A DNA stretch of 64,000 bases from a virus. The notes under the pieces are model-generated. The model did not search any database. It had not been told where the DNA came from and was given only the letters and a program-made list of their open reading frames with translations. The position numbers and the translations under genes are program-made. Below, one piece after another: positions 8,558 through 18,028 of the stretch. The stretch lies in IMG/VR virus record IMGVR_UViG_3300048573_000442, one strand, 5' to 3'. Each line of letters starts with the position of its first letter. Position 1 is the stretch's first letter.

Positions 8558-9406
8558 TTATTTCATGTGTTCCGAAAGGTCTTGCCAACTTTTAATTTCG
8601 GGATTAGTTTCTACCAGCTTACGCATTTTGTCCCACACGTTTTGCGGGATAACAATTGCGCCGCCGTCAAACCATACTTCCTGATGTTTCTCTGAATGTC
8701 TAAGAGTTGCTGGAGTACACGCATGCATTTGCAGTTTAGAAGGTGAGTATGCGTCTAAAATTGTTTCTAAAAAATGTTTACGGAAATCGTCGTTCTGCAA
8801 CAGTTCCGAATAATCACTTTGTTGTATTCGTTCGTATGCTTCGCTATCTACATCGCGTATTTGCACATCGAACTGTTCCAGCGATTCAAATGGGTCAGTT
8901 CCTGTGTCCAGTCCTGTATTCAGACCTGTCTCTACAAAGGCAGCCAAATAATCATTCATTTCATTAATTGGTTCCAAATTTCCAAAAAGATCAATAATCT
9001 TTTCCCAGATGTCAAGATCGCCGACTTCTCCGATTTTTGCGTTTTTAACCGGGAGCACAATGTATCTCTCATCGCCAAAACCCTTAGCGTAGGCTAAATT
9101 TGTAGTGCATATCATTGATTGACTTCGCTTAGGAAAATCTTTCATCTCTGGGTGATTATCGAAAATGGTTGTGTACCAATTGGATGTATTTTGGCTTTTG
9201 CGTTTTGTCTTTGTCAAATCAACATAGGAAAAACCTAAACCAGCTCTCATGCCCCGATAGAATGGCTGCTGTTCTTTGAGCATCCAGAATAAATCTGGGC
9301 AATGTTCGTTCAAGTAAAAGGTGATAGGACGAGTAGTAAGCGGTTCAAACACCTGTTTAAGTGAACCTTCTGCTTTTGCTTCTAAGAATGTTTTAAATGT
9401 TTTCAT
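8558..9406 (-). CDS. putative ADP-ribosyltransferase-like protein (R-S-E type), capsid-targeting-like leader
   Basis: MKTFKTFLEA; FYRGM, SMICTT..YAKGFG, QEVWF motifs. Confidence 0.55.
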   Translation of the reverse strand: MKTFKTFLEAKAEGSLKQVFEPLTTRPITFYLNEHCPDLFWMLKEQQPFYRGMRAGLGFSYVDLTKTKRKSQNTSNWYTTIFDNHPEMKDFPKRSQSMICTTNLAYAKGFGDERYIVLPVKNAKIGEVGDLDIWEKIIDLFGNLEPINEMNDYLAAFVETGLNTGLDTGTDPFESLEQFDVQIRDVDSEAYERIQQSDYSELLQNDDFRKHFLETILDAYSPSKLQMHACTPATLRHSEKHQEVWFDGGAIVIPQNVWDKMRKLVETNPEIKSWQDLSEHMK

Positions 9407-10247
9407 TTTTCATAGCTTCCGATAAATCTTGCCAATTTCTAATTCGTTTTTTGCTTGATCTATACATACTTCTCATTTTGTTCCATTCGTCTAATGGAAT
9501 AATAATGGCACCAGTATCAAACCACACCTCATGCCCTATATAAGTCAGTTCTTCGATTTCGCCAAATGCGGACCCATCAATCCGCAGCACTTTCGGCGAA
9601 TACGCCTTCAAAATTGATTCCAAGAACAAATTTGTAAATTCGGTCTTCTCTAATAGGGACGAATATTTGCTGTTTTTAAGTCTTTGAAAAACTTGGCTAT
9701 TTACATCTTTTATTTGGCGGTCAAATTCCTGCAGAAGCCCAAACGAGCATTTTTCTGTTTTTAGTCCACATTGAATGATTCCGGAAAAGAAATCATTCAT
9801 TGTTTTTATTTCTACTTCATCCCCAAAAATTTTAATCCAAAGGTCCCAAATGTCCGACACGTAAATTTCTGCTACTTTAGCATTTTTAACTGGCAGGATA
9901 GCATATACCTGACTTCCAAATCCATGTGCATAATCGAAATCGGTGGTACAAATCATAGACTCGCTTCTTTTCGGGAGATGACTCATTTCAGGATGATTGT
10001 CAAATATTTCCGTGTACCAATTAGAAGAGTTTTGGCTTTTACGTTTTGTCCCTGTCAAATCAACAAATGAAACACTTAGACCTGATCTCATGCCACGGTA
10101 CAGAACTGCTTTCTCCGTCAGCGCCCAGAACGTATCGGGGCAATACTTATTTAGGTAGTAGGCAGCTGGATGTTCCGTAAGGGGCTGATACACTAGCGAA
10201 GCAGAACCTTCTGCTTTTGCTTCTAGGAATGTTTTAAACGTTTTCAT
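9393..10247 (-). CDS. putative ART-like paralog
   Basis: MKTFKTFLEA; LYRGM, SMICTT..YAHGFG, HEVWF. Confidence 0.55.
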   Translation of the reverse strand: MKTFKTFLEAKAEGSASLVYQPLTEHPAAYYLNKYCPDTFWALTEKAVLYRGMRSGLSVSFVDLTGTKRKSQNSSNWYTEIFDNHPEMSHLPKRSESMICTTDFDYAHGFGSQVYAILPVKNAKVAEIYVSDIWDLWIKIFGDEVEIKTMNDFFSGIIQCGLKTEKCSFGLLQEFDRQIKDVNSQVFQRLKNSKYSSLLEKTEFTNLFLESILKAYSPKVLRIDGSAFGEIEELTYIGHEVWFDTGAIIIPLDEWNKMRSMYRSSKKRIRNWQDLSEAMKNENI

Positions 10248-10825
10248 AGTACGGTTCCTTTAACAATTGAATTAATTGCGTTTATAACAGTTGAATGTTG
10301 AACAACTTCAAAATGGTTTGTCGCTAATAGCAATTCATCCGTTGGCTTTACGCATCTTTGGGATTTTACTGATACAACTCCATCATTAGCATTAGCCATA
10401 AACGGCGATCCTCCGCCAGTAGTTACTACATTTAGCCAACGGCATGGAGGAATTATATTTCTCGAGTATGCAACTGAATTGCTATAAGGTGCTAAATCTT
10501 TCATGACTAGCAATTTTGGAAATGCATAACGTAAAAAGGCAGCAGCGTTATGCCCGCCGAACGGTGTTGATATCGTAATAATTCCGACAACATTTGGGTC
10601 TTCGCAGGCGATACGATGTGCCAAAATTCCACCCAAACTATGTGCAACAATAAAGTATTTTTGGGAAAGTTCTTCATGCTTAATAGCGTTATGCACGCTG
10701 TCGATTGATTGCGTGCTGTCGTATTCAGCAACAATTGGAATATGATCTTGTATCTGGGAAATAATGTGATTAAACACAATTCCAGAGCTATTAAATCCGT
10801 GAATGTAAAGAATTGTGGGTTTCAT
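10244..10825 (-). CDS. alpha/beta hydrolase (lipase/esterase-like)
   Basis: YIHGF oxyanion loop, AHSLGG nucleophile elbow, ISTPFGG, NDGVV, NHF. Confidence 0.85.
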   Translation of the reverse strand: MKPTILYIHGFNSSGIVFNHIISQIQDHIPIVAEYDSTQSIDSVHNAIKHEELSQKYFIVAHSLGGILAHRIACEDPNVVGIITISTPFGGHNAAAFLRYAFPKLLVMKDLAPYSNSVAYSRNIIPPCRWLNVVTTGGGSPFMANANDGVVSVKSQRCVKPTDELLLATNHFEVVQHSTVINAINSIVKGTVL

Positions 10826-11072
10826 TTAGGATGTTATGTTCGGGTATTGTTAATTTGCCAGCAGAGATTAGATCTCTTCTAATGACTATTAGTCTAGTCA
10901 ATTCTTTAGACAAATGGGATATTTGATCTGAAGTTGATTGGCGATTATATTTTTGAACGTATTTGTTAATCGCATCTTGAGTCATATAGTTAATGACATC
11001 GGAGTAATGATTTATCCGTTCGCTATCAACCACAAAAGCGGTTTTAACTTTTTCAGTAATAATCTTTGACAT
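10791..11072 (-). CDS. hypothetical protein
   Basis: 93-aa ORF overlapping both neighbours in a dense operon. Confidence 0.55.
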   Translation of the reverse strand: MSKIITEKVKTAFVVDSERINHYSDVINYMTQDAINKYVQKYNRQSTSDQISHLSKELTRLIVIRRDLISAGKLTIPEHNILNETHNSLHSRI

Positions 11073-11835
11073 GTTTCTGTAAATCTTGCCAATCGTCTAT
11101 ATTGATAATGACTGCGCCTTTATCAAACCAAACTTCCCCCTGAATTATTTTCGAGGATTCAAGTGTTGCGGTAGTTTTTGCCAGTAGGCCAGTTTTTCTA
11201 GGAGAATATGCATCAAATAATTCTTTAAGAAAATCGCTTGAAATGACACGTTTATATTTTTCGGCAAAACGCAATCTTTCAATAATTTCACCGTTTTTAT
11301 TTTTTAGGGCTTCATCGAATTTTACCAATGCATTAAAACAGGATTCATCTTCTTCATCATAATCAAGCAGGTTTTTTAAAAAATAATTTGCGTCGATCAG
11401 TGAAAGCGATTTCCCGAATAGGGTTGTCCTAAGATCCCACATGTCCTGTTCGCCAACTAAACCTATTTTTGAACCGTTTACAGGAATCACTGCAAATACT
11501 GATCCAAACGCACTTGCATAACCTTTAGATGTGGAGCAAATTATAGATTTGCTACGTTTGGGAAAGTCCTGCATTTCGGGGTGATTATCAAAAATTTCAG
11601 TATAAAAATTATTGGTGTTTTGGCTTTTCCTGGCCGTCCTTGCCAAATTGACAAAAGCAGGAGGATGATCCCATTGTAGCTTCCCGAATCCCCGATAAAA
11701 TGGTTTATCTTGCTCGATCATCCATAAAGAATCAGAACAATGCCTTTTTAGAAATTCGTGTATGTGATCAATTGGTTCAAATACCTGTTTAGGCGAATCT
11801 TCCGCTTTTGCTTCTAAGAAAGTTTTAAATTTCAT
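11053..11835 (-). CDS. putative ART-like paralog
   Basis: MKFKTFLEA; FYRGF, IICSTS..YASAFG, QGEVWF. Confidence 0.55.
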   Translation of the reverse strand: MKFKTFLEAKAEDSPKQVFEPIDHIHEFLKRHCSDSLWMIEQDKPFYRGFGKLQWDHPPAFVNLARTARKSQNTNNFYTEIFDNHPEMQDFPKRSKSIICSTSKGYASAFGSVFAVIPVNGSKIGLVGEQDMWDLRTTLFGKSLSLIDANYFLKNLLDYDEEDESCFNALVKFDEALKNKNGEIIERLRFAEKYKRVISSDFLKELFDAYSPRKTGLLAKTTATLESSKIIQGEVWFDKGAVIINIDDWQDLQKHVKDYY

Positions 11836-12808
11836 TTTTCAATTTCTCACTGATAAAGTGGGCGACAGATTTAGTCACTAAAATCACAGGACCGCCAATC
11901 CATAATTCTGTCGTACAGTGAAGGTCAAATAAACTAGAGGGCATATTAGCCGTAGTAAAAACTGTATGCTCTGTTGCCTCCGCAGAATATGCTTCCCAAA
12001 TATGATCCAAGAAATGATCCAAGCATTCCGTCGGTGCATTATTAAAAACACTCATGAAAAGCGCAACTGCCGGTTTATTCCTATCCTTCAGTAGTCTGTC
12101 GAATTCTTGAAAACTTTCAAGCGTCTGTTTCAATTTTAAAGCTTCAAACAAATGATTAAAGTGTTCGATATTCCGGTGGGTCCCGAAAAGATTGATTCGG
12201 GTTTGCCACATATCATCATTATTCACTGCACCCATTTTTACTCCATTAAATGGAATAACAACAATATCCTCTCCTTTTGCAGTACTTCCATAACCACTTG
12301 CAATTTTCGGACATGTAGTTGCTATGAAAGAGGCGCTGCGTTTGGGGAAATGGGCCCTTTTTGGATTAGCATCCAAAAGCATATTATAGAAGTTGCCAGC
12401 GCTAATGCTCTTCCTAGAAGTCAACGTCGGATCTGAAACAACTGCACCTGTTGCTAATAGATCGGCCTTCGGGCTTTGGCCGGAAATGCCTCGCCATATA
12501 AACTTTGCGTCCTTTAGAAACGGGACAAAATCTGACGCCTTTTGGCGAATGAGATCTAAGGTTTCATCAAGGGGTTTAGGTTCATAAACAGGCTTTGATT
12601 CCTTTAAGAACTCTGAGAATCTTAAACCTTCTTTTAAGCCCATCATTCGTTTAGTTATTGCCATTCTAAGTGCCCAATGTCTAGGATCATTTTTATCATA
12701 GTCGTATTCAGAACTGATAATTTCTTCAGCTTTATCCCAAAGATGTTCTGCTCTATCAAGAGGTATTTTTGCTTTTTTAGCTAAATGTTTTAGTGCAGTA
12801 AGTGGCAT
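11825..12808 (-). CDS. putative ART-like paralog with extra N-terminal helical domain
   Basis: About 60-aa basic N-domain, internal LRFSEFLKE, then IWRGI, FIATT..IASGYG, TELWI. Confidence 0.5.
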   Translation of the reverse strand: MPLTALKHLAKKAKIPLDRAEHLWDKAEEIISSEYDYDKNDPRHWALRMAITKRMMGLKEGLRFSEFLKESKPVYEPKPLDETLDLIRQKASDFVPFLKDAKFIWRGISGQSPKADLLATGAVVSDPTLTSRKSISAGNFYNMLLDANPKRAHFPKRSASFIATTCPKIASGYGSTAKGEDIVVIPFNGVKMGAVNNDDMWQTRINLFGTHRNIEHFNHLFEALKLKQTLESFQEFDRLLKDRNKPAVALFMSVFNNAPTECLDHFLDHIWEAYSAEATEHTVFTTANMPSSLFDLHCTTELWIGGPVILVTKSVAHFISEKLKNEI

Positions 12809-12809
12809 T

Positions 12810-13466
12810 TTAAAAGTCAGGAAATTGTGGAGGTGGGGCGAAATTTGACGTGTATCTTGCTATTCCACTAGTAAACCTGAAATCGTCAATATATCCAGTA
12901 AAATATTTTGAAACAGATGTATATGCACCAAGTTGGAAATCTCCAGTTGCAAAATCAGTGTTTGCAACTGATGCCACCAAAATGCCATTTTGGTACAATC
13001 GAGTATTTGGGGAATCCAAAACGACCGCAACATGAACCCATTCATTTATTGGCAATGGAGCATTTGCTGTCGCCAAAACGGGAACGACATTTCGTTTGCC
13101 TATAACAAGATTTCCGCTTATTGTTTCCAATGTCAGCCCGCTACCGCTAACAGAAAAAAGAATCCCGACGTCAGAGGCAACGGTTTTATAAAGCCAGAAT
13201 TCAATCGTAAACTTGCTACCAAATAATGACATCGTATTTGACGGTCTAGTCAAATACGATGAGCCGTTTAAATATAGGGACGCTGCGCCAAATTGTTTTT
13301 CTGAGCTACTAATAACTGGGGCCCCAATGCCCGTCCAAACTCCACTTGCCGAATCACCAAAGTTTGAATCAAAGCGTAATAGGCTGATTACGTTAGTCCA
13401 AAATGGATCTGGTGGTTGTGCAGTTGATTGGTAAATTGCGCGGATGAGAACTGAAATGTCTAGCAT
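12810..13466 (-). CDS. LamG/concanavalin A-like lectin domain protein
   Basis: DPFWTNVISLLRFD, FTIEFW, EWVHVAVV, FTGYIDDFRFTSGIARYTSNF; start moved to the internal Met at 13466. Confidence 0.8.
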   Translation of the reverse strand: MLDISVLIRAIYQSTAQPPDPFWTNVISLLRFDSNFGDSASGVWTGIGAPVISSSEKQFGAASLYLNGSSYLTRPSNTMSLFGSKFTIEFWLYKTVASDVGILFSVSGSGLTLETISGNLVIGKRNVVPVLATANAPLPINEWVHVAVVLDSPNTRLYQNGILVASVANTDFATGDFQLGAYTSVSKYFTGYIDDFRFTSGIARYTSNFAPPPQFPDF

Positions 13467-13473
13467 AATTAGT

Positions 13474-13956
13474 TTATTCTTTATTAAAGTCGTCCCAAAT
13501 TTCTTTATCTGCTTTTCTAGCAGGCCCGCCAACAATAAACGAATTCACTCGAGCCATCGCCCATTGTGCTTGGGCAACACCCGGTCTATGCCCAGTTCTC
13601 CAAGCTGCAGAACCCTTATTGAACACTCGCCGTAAAATAGATACGGGAATTCCTGTTTTTTCAGACTTATTCTTGAGCGCAACGTCAATATTTGAAGACT
13701 CGCCAAACAGCTCTTCATACTTTTCAGTATGTTCGCTTTTTGGTATAGATTTTCCTGCCGACTTCAACTGTTTCTTATATTTCCTATCAGCGGTCCAGTT
13801 GTCAGGATAAGCTTTTGGATCTTTATGGTCAAGACGTTTAAACTTATCAATTTCTTTTGACATCTCTTTTTTCAGGGGAGGTTTGTTTTTTGCCCCCTTA
13901 AAATCCAAATACTTTGGATTTGTCTCAGAAATGAACTGTTTAAACGTTATCGTCAT
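13474..13956 (-). CDS. conserved phage protein (DUF5824-like), capsid-targeting-like leader
   Basis: MTITFKQFISE; ALKNKSEKTGIP..L..VFNKG.AAWRTGHRPG...QWA.ARVNSF motif recalled from T4-like phages and giant viruses. Confidence 0.6.
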   Translation of the reverse strand: MTITFKQFISETNPKYLDFKGAKNKPPLKKEMSKEIDKFKRLDHKDPKAYPDNWTADRKYKKQLKSAGKSIPKSEHTEKYEELFGESSNIDVALKNKSEKTGIPVSILRRVFNKGSAAWRTGHRPGVAQAQWAMARVNSFIVGGPARKADKEIWDDFNKE

Positions 13957-13958
13957 GA

Positions 13959-14213
13959 TTATTTTGCTGGCTTAACAACGTCTTTAAACACTACGCCTTC
14001 AGAACCATCCCATTCGCCGACGCCGATAGTCTCCTTGCGCTTATACGGCTTAGTTCCAATGAAAGCATTGCAGATGTCCTGGTCTCCATCAAACCAAGCA
14101 CCTGGCTGATATTTGCGAACGGCAGTTTTCCATGAACTATAAGTCGTGTAAACAGTTTCCCCCATATGGTTCTTTGCTTCTTTAAGATTTACTAGTTGTT
14201 TTAGTAATTGCAT
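13959..14213 (-). CDS. hypothetical protein
   Basis: MQLLKQLVNLKE leader; GATAAATA upstream. Confidence 0.7.
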   Translation of the reverse strand: MQLLKQLVNLKEAKNHMGETVYTTYSSWKTAVRKYQPGAWFDGDQDICNAFIGTKPYKRKETIGVGEWDGSEGVVFKDVVKPAK

Positions 14214-14242
14214 TTTTGTGCCTCTATTGGTTAAATGTATAT

Positions 14243-14539
14243 TTATCTCTTGTCGTAATTAACGTGTATTACTTTTGCTTTAATTACGCCAAGGCCCTGA
14301 AGTATATGTTTTTTCAACCGCAATGTCAACTTTTCAGACAGGTCTTTTTGAAAGCCTAGATCCCTAGGTCTGTCTGCACAATCCGTCCTGAACTCTATAA
14401 CAGTTTGTGGCCCCTCATCTAATAAATGGATGCTAAAGATCTTACAAGCAATGAGTTCTTCTTCAGCAATGTGGTGCAGCATGTTTTCCCATTTTTTAAG
14501 GTGTTCTTCACGCTTAAGGAATTCTTTAAATGTCTTCAT
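14243..14539 (-). CDS. hypothetical protein
   Basis: MKTFKEFLKREE leader; ATGA-coupled to upstream gene. Confidence 0.7.
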   Translation of the reverse strand: MKTFKEFLKREEHLKKWENMLHHIAEEELIACKIFSIHLLDEGPQTVIEFRTDCADRPRDLGFQKDLSEKLTLRLKKHILQGLGVIKAKVIHVNYDKR

Positions 14540-15186
14540 AAAATTTCTGCCAATCTTGGTTTAATGACATCATAAAATAGATTGCTTAAAGTATCTATTT
14601 TGTAATACTGCTTGCATTTCAAATGAATTTCATTGCCGTTATCGATGCATTCTTCAAGCTCTTCATTTACATTCCATCTAGCGTGTGAAAATTTTTTAAC
14701 TAGCATGTCTGCTGCCATAGTCTGACGCTGATCATAGTTGTATTGGTTTTCTTTATCAGCTGCGAATATTTTGCCAGATAAATAGGCTGAAGAGCCGTAT
14801 GCGTCTTTAAATGCGTCCTTGCCCGTATCAGCATTACAAACCCATTGAAATTCCCCAATTGGGAAAATAGCAAATACCTTTCCGTATTGTCTAGCATCGT
14901 TTTGTTGACCAGTAACAAACATCCAATTTCGAATAGGCTCGCCGACTAAATCAACAAAAAAATCATTCATTTTATCATGCAAGTACGTGCTTGAATCCCT
15001 AGGCCCGCCACGTAGCCTAAAATCCCTGATCTCCCAATCGGCAGACCCTCCAGATTCAGAGCCGCGATACATCAATTTGTTTCCGCCGGTTCCTTTTAGT
15101 TGCTTAAATAAAAATGAGCAGTCTTCTTCAAATCGTTTAAGATCAAAAGATTTTTGTTCGTTTAGGAAAGTTTTAAATGTTTTCAT
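14536..15186 (-). CDS. putative ART-like paralog
   Basis: Start moved to MKTFKTFLNE (15186); MYRGS, MFVTG...ARQYG, NEIHL. Confidence 0.45.
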   Translation of the reverse strand: MKTFKTFLNEQKSFDLKRFEEDCSFLFKQLKGTGGNKLMYRGSESGGSADWEIRDFRLRGGPRDSSTYLHDKMNDFFVDLVGEPIRNWMFVTGQQNDARQYGKVFAIFPIGEFQWVCNADTGKDAFKDAYGSSAYLSGKIFAADKENQYNYDQRQTMAADMLVKKFSHARWNVNEELEECIDNGNEIHLKCKQYYKIDTLSNLFYDVIKPRLAEIL

Positions 15187-15880
15187 ATTTAACCCATGGG
15201 TCGTTGATGACAATAGTTCCGTCTTCAGCAATCATAAAATTGCTGCTGTGTAAATCGTTTTGGAACCCGTTCTTGCGCCCAATTTGGACGACATCGAATA
15301 TAGTAGAGGCCAATTTAACTAATTGCTGTTGGCCCATATGGAGTATGAGGTACTCCAAACCTGATGAAATCTCTAGTGCTGTTCTCGTAAAAAACATTTT
15401 GCCTTTTCTTGCAAACAGCGACTGATTATCAATTTCTAAGGCAGCTGGATGTTCTATATAGGTCGTAACAGCTTTAAGATATTCGATCTTTTTGTTGTTA
15501 AATGCGTCTACCTCTGTTGATAAGAACCCAAGTGCGATGCCAGTGTGTTCTGATATAGAACCCATCTCAAAAAGGCGTTCAGATTTTGCTATTAGCACCT
15601 TGGTGCCAGTCTCTGAGTTAACAATTGTTTCCGGGGCGCCAATATCAGGGATAAATTGGTTATTTTTATTTGCCAAACAGTATTTTAGCCACTTGACAAA
15701 TACGCTTGACCTCGAATCGTTTAGTGGACCGATCGCCAACAACACTTCATGTTTTTCATTCATCCAGACCGTCTTATCATATCCACTAGCTTCCATGAAA
15801 TAGCCGCGATCCCTCATTAGATGAAACAACCAAGAACTATCATCAGGTGAAAAATCAGATTCAAATAGGCGATGTTTCAT
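15173..15880 (-). CDS. protein kinase-like (T7 gp0.7-like) 1
   Basis: Start MKHRLFE (ATGA-coupled); ASGYDK, YC..NKNNQFIPDI, DLHSSNFM, INDPW. Confidence 0.75.
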   Translation of the reverse strand: MKHRLFESDFSPDDSSWLFHLMRDRGYFMEASGYDKTVWMNEKHEVLLAIGPLNDSRSSVFVKWLKYCLANKNNQFIPDIGAPETIVNSETGTKVLIAKSERLFEMGSISEHTGIALGFLSTEVDAFNNKKIEYLKAVTTYIEHPAALEIDNQSLFARKGKMFFTRTALEISSGLEYLILHMGQQQLVKLASTIFDVVQIGRKNGFQNDLHSSNFMIAEDGTIVINDPWVKYENI

Positions 15881-16605
15881 TTGTACCATCCATCGGCTTT
15901 CTTTACAAGTACCTCTAATGGGATGATATTTGGCGACAAATATTTCTCAGCCTCTTCTCGCATCTGTTTTAAATATCTTTTCCCTACAGGATTTTTCAAA
16001 GGCTCACTAAAAAACCCCTGAACAGATTTAAAAATTTTCAAGATGGCTTTGTCGTCAAGGGCGCCATCATTTTCAACCTGCTTAAAAAAATCAACTTTCG
16101 CCTGTAGAAACTTTGCGTTTTCCAAATTGACTTCACTGACTTTGCGAATAAATTCTGCGTCAACTTTTCGTCCAGAAATATCAGTTCGAGATTTTGCCCT
16201 TTTAAGAGATGTTTCCAAGCTTGCGTGAACAAACACTACTCCTACATCATATCCTATAGATTCAAGAATGCCTATGCGATGCAATATTTGGGAAACATTA
16301 TTCGAAGTGCTATCAACAAACAGTGGCAGCATCGAATTCATATAGCCTGTTAAAGATTTTTTTGTGATTTTAATCGATGAATCTCTTAATTCGGGCCACG
16401 TTTCAGAGGATACTTCCTTATCAAGTTTAAAGGCCATGAATTCGGTTGCAATGTCAGTATTGACTACTTTTGGGGAAATTTGCCCCCTTAGGTTCCTGAC
16501 TGTGTAACTCTTGCCGGCACCTGGCAAGCCAATCACGAAAACAGCTTTAAGAATGCCAGCATCATTAATGCCTTCTGTTATGTAGGTTTTGAAATTTGTT
16601 GTCAT
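15877..16605 (-). CDS. P-loop kinase (AAA_33/zeta-toxin-like)
   Basis: VFVIGLPGAGKS Walker A, VNTD, FVDST, R..SR lid; MTTNFKTYITE leader. Confidence 0.75.
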   Translation of the reverse strand: MTTNFKTYITEGINDAGILKAVFVIGLPGAGKSYTVRNLRGQISPKVVNTDIATEFMAFKLDKEVSSETWPELRDSSIKITKKSLTGYMNSMLPLFVDSTSNNVSQILHRIGILESIGYDVGVVFVHASLETSLKRAKSRTDISGRKVDAEFIRKVSEVNLENAKFLQAKVDFFKQVENDGALDDKAILKIFKSVQGFFSEPLKNPVGKRYLKQMREEAEKYLSPNIIPLEVLVKKADGWYK

Positions 16606-16609
16606 AATT

Positions 16610-17290
16610 TTAAAAGGATGCCCATGGATCGGTGATAACTAAAGTGCCGTCTGAAGCAATCATAAAGTTACCGGAATGTAAATCTAGAAAGCCGCTGCTA
16701 GGAGTTGCATTAATAATATCTATTAAAGTTCCTAGCAAAAAGTCAAAATCCTCGACGCTTAACACCAATAGCGCCATGCTTTCGGTAATATCCCCACTTG
16801 CTTCTAATCTAGCTTTTGCGTCCGCAATGACTTTTGATTTTAGGTCTTTTTGTAAAATGCTAGTAGAGCCAATAGCACTAGTGCAAGCTTTCACAAGTTC
16901 ATGAATTGCTTCTCGTATCTGGCTGAGTTCGGAAGAGACTTCAAACAAGCGTTCGATGTTGGCGACGATAAACTTCTCACCGCTTATAGTAAGTGGTTTT
17001 GAAAAACTAATATTTGGTAAATGGGGATTGGATGAATGTTGAAAACAAAAACTTACCCACTTTTTGAAATTGGCTGTTTCCCTATAGCTTTCGTCATGTT
17101 GGATTATTTTGACGTTATGTGTTTTTGGATTAACAAATGCTGCTTTAAAAGCGCCAGCTCTCAAAAATTTGTAACCTAAGCCTTTCATATGTTCTAAAAG
17201 AATGCTGCTTCTTCTAGATTCATCATTAAAATCCTGTTCTTCTGTGCTGATGGACTCGACCAAATATTTTTTGAAATTGCGCGCCATCAT
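16610..17290 (-). CDS. protein kinase-like (T7 gp0.7-like) 2
   Basis: MARNFKKYLVE; RAGAFKAAF, VK, FC.QHSSNPHLPNI, DLHSGNFM, ITDPW. Confidence 0.8.
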   Translation of the reverse strand: MMARNFKKYLVESISTEEQDFNDESRRSSILLEHMKGLGYKFLRAGAFKAAFVNPKTHNVKIIQHDESYRETANFKKWVSFCFQHSSNPHLPNISFSKPLTISGEKFIVANIERLFEVSSELSQIREAIHELVKACTSAIGSTSILQKDLKSKVIADAKARLEASGDITESMALLVLSVEDFDFLLGTLIDIINATPSSGFLDLHSGNFMIASDGTLVITDPWASF

Positions 17291-17985
17291 TATGCCCATG
17301 GGTCAGTTATGACTATTGTTCCGTCTTCGCCAAGCATGAAATTTCCTGGATGCAAATCGAGAATTGAGTTACTAGGTGAAAAATCAATAATGTCTATTAT
17401 GGTCCCTATCAAAGAATCGATATCTTCAACACTTAATAGCAGTAATGAATGAGCATCATTTTCAAATTCGTCATTGGAGCCAAAATTTTCAAGAGAGCTT
17501 TTTATTTCAGCTATTAATTCGTCTCGGGGTTTATTTTTGCCGCCGCTCGAAGCTCTTGATGTTTCGCATAAATCCGCAATTTCAGTCAACGCGAAACCGA
17601 TAGAAACAATACTAGAACTGTCTATCGAAAATAGTCTTTCAATGGTGGCAATCTGAAACACATGCTTCGTGCCATCTTCACCTCCTATTTTTAACGGGCG
17701 ATCAAGTTTTATAATCGGGAGATGCGGGTTGTTCTTATGTTGTTTGCAAAAATCTATCCAGCGAGTAAAAGTACTAAATGAAGCTGGATTATTCTTGTAC
17801 AAAATTATTTTTGTCGAGCTAGAATCCATATACGCAGCTTTTTCAACCCCACTGCCGAGAAATTTGAACCCGTTTAGAACCATATATTTGTGCAAAGCAA
17901 AAGCACGTTCGCGATCAGCGAAACTCCCCGATCTCAAATACTTGGGGGCTTCATGGCTTTCGGCTAGAAAATGTTTAAAGTTCAT
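17290..17985 (-). CDS. protein kinase-like (T7 gp0.7-like) 3
   Basis: Start moved to MNFKHFLAE; LGSGVEKAAY, FCKQHKNNPHLP, DLHPGNFM, ITDPW. Confidence 0.8.
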   Translation of the reverse strand: MNFKHFLAESHEAPKYLRSGSFADRERAFALHKYMVLNGFKFLGSGVEKAAYMDSSSTKIILYKNNPASFSTFTRWIDFCKQHKNNPHLPIIKLDRPLKIGGEDGTKHVFQIATIERLFSIDSSSIVSIGFALTEIADLCETSRASSGGKNKPRDELIAEIKSSLENFGSNDEFENDAHSLLLLSVEDIDSLIGTIIDIIDFSPSNSILDLHPGNFMLGEDGTIVITDPWA

Positions 17986-18028
17986 TTTAATGGGAATGTA
18001 ACATTCAGTTAAGTTTGCGCTATCCACT

